From assembly GCA_030037815.1 (NCBI GenBank), contig JASHPZ010000062.1:1-63052 (forward strand): a stretch of 63,052 bases of DNA. The letters run 5' to 3'. Made by a program: the position numbers and the translations under genes. Below are positions 45,751 to 54,444 of the stretch, in pieces (the stretch's first letter is position 1; every line of letters begins with the position of its first letter). Source of the stretch: Thermoplasmata archaeon (lineage in GTDB: Archaea; Thermoplasmatota; Thermoplasmata; Lutacidiplasmatales; UBA184). Under the pieces are notes generated by a model that did no database searches, was not told where the DNA came from, and was given only the letters and a program-made list of their open reading frames with translations.

Positions 45751-46560
45751 TCAGTCCCGCCAATCCAGGCCGACCGTCCGCAGCCCGAGCTTCGGGATCG
45801 GAGGAAGGCGCCGCTTGTGGCGGTGCTGGGCGACCCGGGCTTCGACGGCCTCGACCCGCTCGCGCGGACAACCGACCAGCCGCGCGATCTCGTCGGTCGG
45901 CCGCAGCTCCTCGATCCCGCGCAGGATCTGGTCGGCTTCGTCGTAGGTGAGCCCGAGCTCTGCCTCGTCCGTCTGCCCCTCCCAGAGGTCGGCGGTCGGC
46001 GCCCGCGCGCGGACCGCCGCCGGCAGCTCGAGCTCGGCCGCGAGCGCGCGCAGCTCGGTCTTGTAGAGGTCGCCGAGCGGCAGGAGGTCCGCTCCGCCGT
46101 CCCCGTACTTCGTGAAGTACCCCAGCAGGAGCTCCGACTTGTTGCCCGTGCCGGCGACCAGCCGCCGCCGCTCGCGGGCGAGCGCGTAGAGCACCGTCAT
46201 CCGGATCCGCGCCTTCACGTTCCCGAGCGCGACGCGGTCCGTCACGTCCGGCAGCGCCGCCGCGAACGCCCGCTCGACCGCGTCGATCGGCACGGTGCGC
46301 ACCTCCGCCCCGAGGTCGCGCGCGTACGCTTCCGTCTCGTCGCGGAGGGCGGGCGGGAACCGGCCGTCGGGGAGGAGCACCCCGAGGACGTGGTCGGCGC
46401 CGAGCGCGTCGCGCGCGAGCCGGAGGGTGAGAGCGCTGTCGATCCCGCCCGAGAGCCCGACCACCACCCCGTCGACCCCATCCCCCGCGGCGTGCGCGCG
46501 GAGGAACTGCGCGATCGAGGCGGCCGCGTGGCGGGGCAGCCGCGGGACGAGGCTCTTCAC
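45751..46560 (-). CDS. nadE: NH3-dependent NAD+ synthetase
   Basis: PP-loop GLSGGIDS. Motifs TGNKSELLLGYFTKYGDG. The GTG at 46560 overlaps the upstream TGA (GTGA). Confidence 0.88.
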   Translation of the reverse strand: MKSLVPRLPRHAAASIAQFLRAHAAGDGVDGVVVGLSGGIDSALTLRLARDALGADHVLGVLLPDGRFPPALRDETEAYARDLGAEVRTVPIDAVERAFAAALPDVTDRVALGNVKARIRMTVLYALARERRRLVAGTGNKSELLLGYFTKYGDGGADLLPLGDLYKTELRALAAELELPAAVRARAPTADLWEGQTDEAELGLTYDEADQILRGIEELRPTDEIARLVGCPRERVEAVEARVAQHRHKRRLPPIPKLGLRTVGLDWRD

Positions 46561-47579
46561 GCCTCGACCCCCAGCGCCTCGAGGGAGCGGACCGTCTCCC
46601 ACTCCGGCCGGCACGCGCAGTCGAGCGCGGCCAGCGGCCCGAACTCCTGGGCGAGCGAGGCCTCCTCGAGGGCCGCGAGCACCGCGCGGTCGCACTCCCC
46701 GCAGTTGTGCGGCCCGCGCGGAAGTCCGCCGGCGGTCGGGAACGAGACGAGGCGGCTCGTCCCCCGCGCCTCCGCGCCGCGACGGAGCGCCTCCACGACC
46801 GACCAGAGCCACGGCGGCCGGTAGCGGCCCCGATGGTACAACCGCTCGACGACCGTGCCGTTCTGGATGTGCACCGGGTTGACCGAGAGCGCGTCGAAAT
46901 GGGGCGCCGCGGCGGCCACCGACCGCACGACATCCCGGACGGACTCCTCCTCCGTCAGATACGGCGGCTTCAGCAGGAGGTACGCCTTCGCGCGCCCGCC
47001 GAGCGAGCGGACCCGGTCGCCGGCGGCGAGGTACTCGTCGGGCGCGGCGCCTTTGCCGACCGCGCGCGCCAGGACCCACGGGTCGGTCGACTCGAGGCCG
47101 AGCGCCACCTCGAGCTCGCCCGCGAACGCCGCCCGGAGCGGACGGAGCGTTTCCGCCTGCGCGAACTCGGGGAGCGTCTCGAGGAGGAACCGCCGGGCGC
47201 GTCCGGAGAACGCCCCGACGATCGCGCGACGGCTCTCCGGGTCGACCTCGCGGTCGTCGAGGAAGCTTCCGGAGGTGTACACCTTCACGTACGGCTCGTC
47301 TCGGTAGCGGGCGAGCGCCCGACGCAGTTGCTCCGAGAGCTCGGCCGGGGTCGCGGAGCGGCCGAGCGTGTCCTTCGAGTAGCCGCACATCGAGCACCCC
47401 TTGAGGTCGGCCCAGTAGCAACCCCGCGTCTTCAGGATCAGGACGAACGCGCGGACGCGCTCCGCGCCGATCGCCTCGTCCTCGACCCACTGGTTGACGT
47501 ACGCGCGCGCCGCGGCCTCCGGCGCCGGCGGCGGACGCCGGTCGCGGGCGACCGCGTGGGCGACCGACTCCGGGCTCAC
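46557..47579 (-). CDS. Radical SAM protein of the TIGR01210 / RaSEA (archaeosine biosynthesis) type
   Basis: Cluster motif TRGCYWADLKGCSMCGY. Motifs GLESTDP and LLLKPP. The GTG at 47579 overlaps the upstream TGA (GTGA). Confidence 0.65.
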   Translation of the reverse strand: MSPESVAHAVARDRRPPPAPEAAARAYVNQWVEDEAIGAERVRAFVLILKTRGCYWADLKGCSMCGYSKDTLGRSATPAELSEQLRRALARYRDEPYVKVYTSGSFLDDREVDPESRRAIVGAFSGRARRFLLETLPEFAQAETLRPLRAAFAGELEVALGLESTDPWVLARAVGKGAAPDEYLAAGDRVRSLGGRAKAYLLLKPPYLTEEESVRDVVRSVAAAAPHFDALSVNPVHIQNGTVVERLYHRGRYRPPWLWSVVEALRRGAEARGTSRLVSFPTAGGLPRGPHNCGECDRAVLAALEEASLAQEFGPLAALDCACRPEWETVRSLEALGVEA

Positions 47580-48277
47580 GACTCCTCGACGTCGACGTCG
47601 ACGGGGTCCCCGTCCTTCAGGTGCAGGGTGTCCCGCAGCCGCGTGGACGCGACGAACTCGACCACGTCCTGGTAGTGGGACCGGTCCGGGTGGATCAGGT
47701 GGCACGCGCGTCCGTTCATCCGGGCGACGAAGCACGTCGCGCCGCCGAACGTGCGGCCGCTCGCCTGGAATCCGTCGATCCGGATCCCCGACCACTCGGA
47801 GACCCCGGCCGCCTTGCGCAGCGAATCGCCGGCGAGCCGGACGTTGAGCGTCCCCGGGTACGGGGTGTAGCCGAGGCGCTCGGTGAACTGGACGACGTAG
47901 CCGGGCTGGCTGAGGTAGTAGCGCCCCTCGCCCAGGCCGGACGTGACCGTCCCCGAGAAGGCGAGCCGCGCCGGACCTTCGAAGATCCGGTGGTAGGCGT
48001 GGTACTCGGCGCGCAGCAGCTGCATCGCGGCGGGGGTGAGCTGGATCCGCTGGCGGCGCTGCGCGAGCGACCGGGTCAGGAGCGACCGCTCCTCGAGCGC
48101 GACCAGGTACCGGTCGGCGGCTTGCTGGCTCACGCCGAGCTTCTCCCCGACCTCGCGCGACGTGACGACGACCGGGGCGTGGTCGGCGCCCGCCACGGCG
48201 AGGAGCTTCAGGACCGCGAGGGTCTCGCCCTGCGGCCGAGGGCGCGGGGGGGCGCTCCGCTTCGCCGCCACGGTCAC
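47576..48277 (-). CDS. wHTH-fused CTP-dependent riboflavin kinase (RbkR-like)
   Basis: N-terminal winged-helix region (SREVGEKLGVSQQAADRYL). The kinase core GTVTSGLGEGRYY...LGYTPYPGTLNV matches the archaeal RibK signature. The GTG overlaps the Sm gene stop. Confidence 0.8.
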   Translation of the reverse strand: MTVAAKRSAPPRPRPQGETLAVLKLLAVAGADHAPVVVTSREVGEKLGVSQQAADRYLVALEERSLLTRSLAQRRQRIQLTPAAMQLLRAEYHAYHRIFEGPARLAFSGTVTSGLGEGRYYLSQPGYVVQFTERLGYTPYPGTLNVRLAGDSLRKAAGVSEWSGIRIDGFQASGRTFGGATCFVARMNGRACHLIHPDRSHYQDVVEFVASTRLRDTLHLKDGDPVDVDVEES

Positions 48278-48516
48278 CTCGACGCCGGGCGCGGGGCGTC
48301 GGGCGCGAACAGCGTCACGACGCTCGACCCGCGCAGCACGACGCGGCCGAGCTGCCGCGTCCGCTCCGCGGTCGTCTCCTCGGTCTGGTCGAGCACGAGG
48401 TTCATGTGCTCGTCCACGCCGAGCAGTCGCCCCACGAGCTGTCGGCCGTCCTTGAGCCGCAGCGTGACCTTCTGCTGGACGACCCGCTCGAGCAGATGGG
48501 TCGGGGGGTCGGGCAT
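48274..48516 (-). CDS. Sm-like archaeal protein (SmAP/LSm)
   Basis: Sm1 is VTLRLKDGRQLVGRLLGVDEHMNLVL and Sm2 is VVLRGSSVV. 80 aa. Confidence 0.88.
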   Translation of the reverse strand: MPDPPTHLLERVVQQKVTLRLKDGRQLVGRLLGVDEHMNLVLDQTEETTAERTRQLGRVVLRGSSVVTLFAPDAPRPASR

Positions 48517-48538
48517 CGCCCGACGGACGGGGACGGCC

Positions 48539-48551
48539 CTTTAGCGTTTAC
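48539..48551. promoter_or_regulatory. AT-rich element (CTTTAGCGTTTAC) in the divergent Sm / citrate synthase intergenic region
   Basis: Centred about 29 nt upstream of the Sm ATG at 48516 and about 54 nt upstream of the citrate synthase ATG at 48599. Confidence 0.35.
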
Positions 48552-48598
48552 CCGGAGCGCCCGCGCCGTTATGCCGCCCCGGCGGAGTCGGTCCGTGG

Positions 48599-49735
48599 AT
48601 GGACGCGCCGCGGGTGGTTTCGAAGGGTCTCGACGACGTGGTGGTCGGCCAGTCCCGCATCTCGTACGTCGGCGGGGAGACGGGCGAGCTGGTCTACCGG
48701 GGGTTCGACGTGCGGAGCCTCGTGCCCGGGGTCCCTTACGAGTCGGTCGTCCACCTCCTGTTGCACGGCGACCCGCCGACGAGCGACCCGGCCCCGGAGG
48801 AGCGCGCTGCGCTCGCGGCGGCGCGCCGGCTCCCGGACGCGACGCTCCGGGTCGCGGACGCGCTGCCCGCCAACCTCCCGCCGCTCGAGGCGATGCGCAC
48901 GCTCCTCTCCCTGGTCGGCGACGGGACGTTCGGGTACCCGCCGACGCTCGGCGAGGGGTACCGGCTGATCGGGGCTGCGCCTGTGCTGCTCGCCCGGTAC
49001 GTCCGACGGGCGCGGGGGCTCGCCCCCGTCGCCGGCCGCGACGACCTCGGGCACGCCGCGAACTACCTGTGGATGCTGACGGGGGCGGAGCCGGACGCGG
49101 CGCGCGTGGCGGCGCTCGAGGGATACCTCGATCTCCTCGCCGACCACGGGATGAACGCGTCGACGTTCGCCCTGACGGTCGCGATCTCGACGCAATCGGA
49201 CCTCGTGAGCGCCGCCGTCGCGGCGCTCGGCACGCTCAAGGGTCCGGTGCACGGCGGCGCGCCGAGTCGCGTGTCGGAGATGCTCGACGCGATCGGTGCG
49301 GCCGACCGCGCCGACGCCTGGATCGCCGAGCGGCTCGGTCGCCGGGAGGTGCTGTTCGGGTTCGGCCACCGGGCGTACAAGACCGAGGACCCTCGGGCGG
49401 TGGTCCTGCACGCGATCGCCCGCCGGGTCGCCGACCCGGCGCGGCTCAAACTGGCCGAGGAGGTCGAGCGGCGGGCGCTGGCCGCGCTCCGCGCCGCGCG
49501 GCCGAAGGCGCGGCTGTTCACGAACGTCGAGTACTACAGCGCGGTGGTGCTGGAGGCGGTCGGACTTCCGCCCGAACTGTTCACGCCGACGTTCGCGGTC
49601 GCGCGGACCGCCGGGTGGGCCGCCCACGCGCTCGAGCAAGCGGGCGACAACCGGCTGATCCGCCCCGACGTGGAGTACGTCGGCCCGCCGTCGGGTCGGG
49701 TCTGGCCGCGACCGGTCGGCCCCGACGCGCGGTAA
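48599..49735 (+). CDS. gltA: Citrate synthase
   Basis: Motifs LLADHGMNAST, GPVHGGA and GFGHRAYKTEDPR. 378 aa. Confidence 0.9.
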   Translation: MDAPRVVSKGLDDVVVGQSRISYVGGETGELVYRGFDVRSLVPGVPYESVVHLLLHGDPPTSDPAPEERAALAAARRLPDATLRVADALPANLPPLEAMRTLLSLVGDGTFGYPPTLGEGYRLIGAAPVLLARYVRRARGLAPVAGRDDLGHAANYLWMLTGAEPDAARVAALEGYLDLLADHGMNASTFALTVAISTQSDLVSAAVAALGTLKGPVHGGAPSRVSEMLDAIGAADRADAWIAERLGRREVLFGFGHRAYKTEDPRAVVLHAIARRVADPARLKLAEEVERRALAALRAARPKARLFTNVEYYSAVVLEAVGLPPELFTPTFAVARTAGWAAHALEQAGDNRLIRPDVEYVGPPSGRVWPRPVGPDAR

Positions 49736-49742
49736 CTCCCGG

Positions 49743-51644
49743 TTACGGGGAGCCCTTCTCGCCCGACGGGTCGTCCACGACCTTGAAGTCGGCGTCGACC
49801 GGTCCCGCGCCCGCGCTCGGACCGCTGGCTCCGTCCTCGCCGACGGGCGGCGCCCCCGCGGCGCCGTCCGACGGCGGGGACTCGGGCGCCGCGGCCGCGT
49901 AGAGCTTCTGGGCGATCGCGTGCAGCGCCTTCGTGAGCTCGTCGACCTTCGCCTGGAGCTCCGCGACGGGGACCTCCTTCTGGGCGAGCGTGTCGCGGAG
50001 CGCCTTCACCTGCGCCCGGACCGCGTCCGCCTCCGCAGCGTCGATCTTCTCCTTCTGGTCGGCGAGGACGCGCTCGGCCTCGTAGGCGAGCGACTCCGCC
50101 TGGTTCCGGGCGTGGATCAGGTCGGCGCGCGCCCGGTCCTTGTCCGCGAACTCCTCGGCCTGGTGGACCATCCGCGCGACGTCGTCCTTCGACAGCTTGT
50201 TGGACGCCGTGATCGTGATCCCCTGCTTGCGACCGCTCGCGAGGTCCTTCGCCGAGACGTTCAGGATCCCGTTCGCGTCGATGTCGAACCCGACCTCGAC
50301 CTGGGGGACGCCGCGCGGCGCCGGCGGGATGCCGGTCAGGAGGAAGCTCCCGAGCGCGACGTTGTCGGTCGCGATCGGCCGCTCGCCCTGGAACACCTTG
50401 ATCTCGACGGTCGACTGGTTGTCGGAGGCCGTCGTGAAGATCTGGCTCTTCCGAGTCGGGATCGTGGTGTTGCGGTCGATCAGGCGGGTGAACACCCCGC
50501 CCATCGTCTCGACCCCGAGGGAGAGCGGCGTCACGTCGAGCAGGAGGACGTCCTTCACTTCGCCCGCGAGGACGCCGCCCTGGACCGACGCGCCCATCGC
50601 GACGCACTCCATCGGGTCGACTCCGCGCTCGATCGGCCGACCGACCGACTGTTCGAGGAACTTCTGGACCATCGGGATCCTTGTCGGGCCGCCGACGAGG
50701 ACGACCCGGCTGATCTGGTCCTTCGCGAGCTTCGCGTCCTGGATCGCCTGGTCGACGGGGCCCTTGCACCGGTCGACGATCGGACGGATCAGCTCCTCGA
50801 ACTTCGCCCGCGTGAGCGGCAGCGCGAGGTGCTTCGGGCCCTCCGCGGTCGCCGTCAGGAACGGGAGGTTGATCTGCGTCTCGACCGTGGAGGAGAGCTC
50901 GATCTTCGCCTTCTCCGCGGCGTCCCGCACCCGCTGCATCGCCATCTTGTCCGAGCGGATGTTCACGCCGGACTCCTTCTGGAACTCCGCCGCGATCCAC
51001 TCGGTCAGCGTGTTGTCCATGTCGGTGCCGCCGAGCTGGGTGTCGCCGGACGTCGAGAGGACCTCGAAGACACCGTCCCCGAACTCCATGATGGTGACGT
51101 CGAGCGTTCCGCCGCCCAGGTCGAACACCAGGATCTTCTGGTTCTTGCCGGCCTTGTCGAGCCCGTACGCGAGCGACGCGGCGGTCGGCTCGTTGATGAT
51201 CCGCACGACGTCGAGCCCGGCGATCGCGCCGGCGTCCTTGGTCGCCTGGCGCTGATTGTCGTTGAAGTATGCCGGGACGGTGATGACCGCCTTCTCGACC
51301 TTCTCCCCGAGGAACGCCTCCGCGTCCCGCTTGATCTTCTGGAGCAGGAACGCCGACAGTTGCTGGGGGGTGTACTCCTTGCCGTGGAGCTTGTAATGGA
51401 AGTCGGTCCCCATCTTCCGCTTGAACGCGGTGACGGTGCCTTCCGGGTTCGAGATCGCCTGGCGGCGCGCGGGCTCGCCGACGATCAACTGCCCGTCCTT
51501 GGTGAAGGCGACGTACGACGGGAACGCCTTGCCGCCGCCGACCGTCGTCCCTTCGGCGCTGGGGATGATCACGGGCCGTCCGCCCTCGAGGACGGCGGCG
51601 GCCGAGTTGCTCGTTCCGAGGTCGATTCCGATGATTTTCGCCAT
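49743..51644 (-). CDS. dnaK: Molecular chaperone DnaK (Hsp70)
   Basis: [23 protein letters not shown] and [10 protein letters not shown] motifs. 633 aa. Confidence 0.95.
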   Translation of the reverse strand: MAKIIGIDLGTSNSAAAVLEGGRPVIIPSAEGTTVGGGKAFPSYVAFTKDGQLIVGEPARRQAISNPEGTVTAFKRKMGTDFHYKLHGKEYTPQQLSAFLLQKIKRDAEAFLGEKVEKAVITVPAYFNDNQRQATKDAGAIAGLDVVRIINEPTAASLAYGLDKAGKNQKILVFDLGGGTLDVTIMEFGDGVFEVLSTSGDTQLGGTDMDNTLTEWIAAEFQKESGVNIRSDKMAMQRVRDAAEKAKIELSSTVETQINLPFLTATAEGPKHLALPLTRAKFEELIRPIVDRCKGPVDQAIQDAKLAKDQISRVVLVGGPTRIPMVQKFLEQSVGRPIERGVDPMECVAMGASVQGGVLAGEVKDVLLLDVTPLSLGVETMGGVFTRLIDRNTTIPTRKSQIFTTASDNQSTVEIKVFQGERPIATDNVALGSFLLTGIPPAPRGVPQVEVGFDIDANGILNVSAKDLASGRKQGITITASNKLSKDDVARMVHQAEEFADKDRARADLIHARNQAESLAYEAERVLADQKEKIDAAEADAVRAQVKALRDTLAQKEVPVAELQAKVDELTKALHAIAQKLYAAAAPESPPSDGAAGAPPVGEDGASGPSAGAGPVDADFKVVDDPSGEKGSP

Positions 51645-51717
51645 GGTACTATCCGAGGAAGGCTCCGGAAACGGACGTGACCGAACCCCTCCGATTTCGA
51701 GTTTAGTAAGTCAGCAC

Positions 51718-51731
51718 TCATATAAAAAGAA
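51718..51731 (-). promoter_or_regulatory. TATA box candidate (TTCTTTTTATATGA on the minus strand) upstream of dnaK
   Basis: This is the most AT-rich stretch I noticed in the window, 75-87 nt upstream of the dnaK ATG, which implies a 5' UTR of about 50-60 nt. Confidence 0.45.
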
Positions 51732-51853
51732 GCGCCTAGCGCCTCGAGGGAGACGGCGCCGCGGCGACCCGATGGGGCGGCGGGCGAGGGGTCGACCGCG
51801 GGCCCCGGGCGGCGACGGGCGTCCGTCGCTCGAGGGGGGGTTTCCGACCGGAC

Positions 51854-51867
51854 GGTAAGTAGTTACC
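51854..51867 (+). promoter_or_regulatory. Inverted repeat GGTAA-GTAG-TTACC upstream of amt (operator/TATA candidate)
   Basis: A perfect 5+4+5 palindrome 53-66 nt upstream of the amt ATG. Confidence 0.3.
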
Positions 51868-51888
51868 CCCGAATCCGGAGCTTTCTCG

Positions 51889-51905
51889 GCGCACCGCCGG
51901 TGCGC
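51889..51905 (+). promoter_or_regulatory. Perfect 8+1+8 palindrome GCGCACCG-C-CGGTGCGC just upstream of amt
   Basis: Read directly from the sequence. It ends 14 nt before the amt ATG at 51920. It could be an operator or a 5' UTR hairpin. Confidence 0.3.
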
Positions 51906-51919
51906 ACGGGAACGGTTCG

Positions 51920-53230
51920 ATGCTTCCGAACGGCCTCAACAACCTCTGGGTCCTGGTCGCCGCGCTCTTAGTCTTCACAATGACGATCGCGGTCGGGTTC
52001 CTCGAGGTCGGCGAGCTCGGCGAGGACCGGTGGCGGAGTCTCCTCAAGACGTCGATCATGACGTGCGCGGCGCTCGCGCTGATGGCGTTCCTCGGGTTCG
52101 ACCTCGCGTTCGCGCCGACGGTCGGCAACGGCCTGATCGGCGACCCGCGCTACATCGCGCCGTTCCTCGGCGGTTCCTCCACGGGCGCCCCGGGACTCCT
52201 CTCGGGCGTCTGGTGGTCGACGGACCCGACGAACCGGTTCGGCTACTTCCTCGGCACGGCCGCCAACCCTCTCGCCCTCTCGACCGGGACGTACTTCCTG
52301 TTCGAGACGGCGTTCGCCGCGGTCACCTTCGCCCTGGTCGGCGTTGTGATGGTGAAGAAGGTGAAGATCCGCGCGGTCGCGCTCTACGCGATCCCCTACT
52401 TCCTCCTGATCTGGGTGCTCCCCGCCGCGTGGATCTGGAACCCGTCGGGATGGCTCGCGCGGATGGGGATGGTCGACTTTGCCGGCGGCCTCGTCGTCCA
52501 CGGCGCCGCGGGCGCGGCCGGTCTCGCGATCATGGTCCAGATCTGGTGGGAGGAGAAGGCGCGGGGCCTCCGACAGAGTCCCACGATCGCGACCAAGGTC
52601 GACTCGACCTGGCTGACGCTCTCGATCCTCCTGCTCTGGGTCGGGTGGTTCGGGTTCAATCCGGGGAGCGTGCTCGCGTTCAACGCCGAGACGACCGTGG
52701 TCGTCCTCACGACGTTCCTCGCCGCCGGCCTCTCGTTCCTTTCCTTGATGGCGTGCCGATTCCTCGAGACCCGGAACGACCCGGGGTACCTCTACTCCGC
52801 GAACGGCGTCCTGATGGGGCTGATCGTGATCACCCCGCTCGCCGGGTTCGTGAGCCCCCTGAGCGCCGCGATCCTGGGGCTCATCTGCGGCCCGTTGTTC
52901 CTCGGCGCCGAGCGCCTCTTCGCCCGCGCGAAGTGGTTCTCGGACCCGATCGGCCTGATGCCGGGCCACTTCGTCGGCGGCGTGTTCGGACTCCTGATGA
53001 TCGCCGTCTTCGCGCAGGGCGCGTTCTCGGCGGGCTCGGGGTACTCCGCGCTGCCGAACGGGCTGCTCTTCGGCGGCGGGATGTCGGCCGTCCACCAACT
53101 CGGGTTGGAGGCGTTTGGGGCCGTCGTCGTGCTCGCGGCGGTGTTCGCGCTCTCGCTCGCCTCCATCTGGGTCATCGCGAAGGCGATCGGCGGGATCACG
53201 CGGCCCGACGACACGGGCGTGTCGGTCTGA
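51920..53230 (+). CDS. amt: Ammonium transporter (Amt family)
   Basis: About 11 TM helices. Motifs AVGFLEVG, DFAGGLVVHGAAG and GHFVGGVFG. 436 aa. Confidence 0.9.
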   Translation: MLPNGLNNLWVLVAALLVFTMTIAVGFLEVGELGEDRWRSLLKTSIMTCAALALMAFLGFDLAFAPTVGNGLIGDPRYIAPFLGGSSTGAPGLLSGVWWSTDPTNRFGYFLGTAANPLALSTGTYFLFETAFAAVTFALVGVVMVKKVKIRAVALYAIPYFLLIWVLPAAWIWNPSGWLARMGMVDFAGGLVVHGAAGAAGLAIMVQIWWEEKARGLRQSPTIATKVDSTWLTLSILLLWVGWFGFNPGSVLAFNAETTVVVLTTFLAAGLSFLSLMACRFLETRNDPGYLYSANGVLMGLIVITPLAGFVSPLSAAILGLICGPLFLGAERLFARAKWFSDPIGLMPGHFVGGVFGLLMIAVFAQGAFSAGSGYSALPNGLLFGGGMSAVHQLGLEAFGAVVVLAAVFALSLASIWVIAKAIGGITRPDDTGVSV

Positions 53231-53315
53231 GCGCGGCCGCGGCGCGCCGAGCCACCCGTCGGCCACGGCCCCGCGCGGCAATCGTTTAGGTCGCGCGGCC
53301 GTGGCGAACCGTGCG

Positions 53316-54422
53316 ATGTCGCCCCCCGAGTCCACCGCCGCGCCGGTCCGCGTCACGATACGGCTCCCCGACCCGCCCCAGCTCGCGTTTGCGGAGATGG
53401 TCCGGAACCTCGCGACCGCCTTCGGACGGGCCCGGTGGGTGTGGAACCCCGGCCCCGGCGCGCACCTCGAATCGCTGCGCGAACCGCCGGACCCCAGCGC
53501 GCACGCGGTCACCACCGAGTGGGTCCCGGGGGAGCGGTTCCGGATCGAATGGCCGCCGCTCCCGTGGGCCGGCGGCGAACCGAGCGCGCTCACGTTCGCG
53601 TTCCGTCCCGTGGAGGACGGTACCGAAGTGGAGGTACAGTGGACCGGCTGGTCCCGCTTCCTGGTCGCCCGCGGCGCGGGCGAGCTCGCCGGCTGGACCG
53701 CGGGCGAGCTCCTGGCGCCGCTCGTCCTCGCCGGGTCCACCGAGCGGTTCGCCGACTGGCTGACCGACCGGGCGGCGCGGCGGCCGGCCGGCCCGACGTC
53801 GGTAGCCACCTACCGGGACCCGCTCTACCACCGACCGAACTTCCGGGCGATCCTGGCCGAGCTCGCGCTCTCCCCCAGCGACCGGCTGTTCGAGGTCGGG
53901 TGCGGAGGCGGCGCGTTCCTGCGCGCCGCGCTCGCGTCGGGGTGTACCGCGGCCGCCATCGACCACAGCGAGGAGATGGTCCGCACCGCCTCGGAACAGA
54001 ACCGCGAGGCGATCGAGGCCGGTCGCCTCCGCATCGTCCACGGCGACGCGACCCGGCTCCCGTTTCCGGACGGCGAGTTCACCTGCGCCGTGATGACCGG
54101 CGTCGTCTCGTTCCTCCCGGACCCACTGCACGCCTTCATCGAGGTCCACCGGCTCCTGCGCCCGGGCGGCCGGTTCCTCGTCTTCGCCGGGACGGCGGCG
54201 TTGCGGGGCACGCCCGCCGCGCCGGAACCGATGGCGAGCCGGCTCACGTTCTACAAGGACCTCGAGCTCGCCGACCTCGCCCGCCGCGCGGGATTCGCGG
54301 AGGCGCGCGTCACGACGCCGGACCTCTCGACATACGCTCGAGAGGAGGGGGTCCCCGCCGAGGCGTGGCCCCTGTTCGACCCGAACTCCGGGGCCAGTCA
54401 ACTCCTCGTCGCGACCCGCTGA
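53316..54422 (+). CDS. Fusion protein: SRPBCC/Aha1-like N-terminal domain plus a class I SAM-dependent methyltransferase
   Basis: ATG at 53316, with an alternative GTG at 53301. The methyltransferase motif I is LFEVGCGGGAF, and the post-I motif is LRPGGRFLVF. The N-terminal ~150 aa resemble a START/SRPBCC fold, but this call is weak. Confidence 0.65.
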   Translation: MSPPESTAAPVRVTIRLPDPPQLAFAEMVRNLATAFGRARWVWNPGPGAHLESLREPPDPSAHAVTTEWVPGERFRIEWPPLPWAGGEPSALTFAFRPVEDGTEVEVQWTGWSRFLVARGAGELAGWTAGELLAPLVLAGSTERFADWLTDRAARRPAGPTSVATYRDPLYHRPNFRAILAELALSPSDRLFEVGCGGGAFLRAALASGCTAAAIDHSEEMVRTASEQNREAIEAGRLRIVHGDATRLPFPDGEFTCAVMTGVVSFLPDPLHAFIEVHRLLRPGGRFLVFAGTAALRGTPAAPEPMASRLTFYKDLELADLARRAGFAEARVTTPDLSTYAREEGVPAEAWPLFDPNSGASQLLVATR

Positions 54423-54444
54423 GCCCGGACCCCGGAGGGAGGAG

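Noticed and set aside
45509-47490. ORFs 45509..46933 (-) and the N-terminal 310 codons of 45751..47490 (-), suggesting a much larger NadE.
   Set aside because: The NadE homology starts at the GTG at 46560 (VKSLVPRL...GLSGGIDS). The upstream region belongs to the radical SAM gene in another frame.
49733-49755. Overlapping short hairpins (GTAAC-N5-GTTAC and CTCCC-N7-GGGAG) between the convergent citrate synthase and dnaK stops, considered as a bidirectional terminator.
   Set aside because: The stems are only 5 bp, no oligo-T tract is present on either strand, and the element is largely made up of the two stop codons and their neighbours. The evidence is too weak for a feature call.
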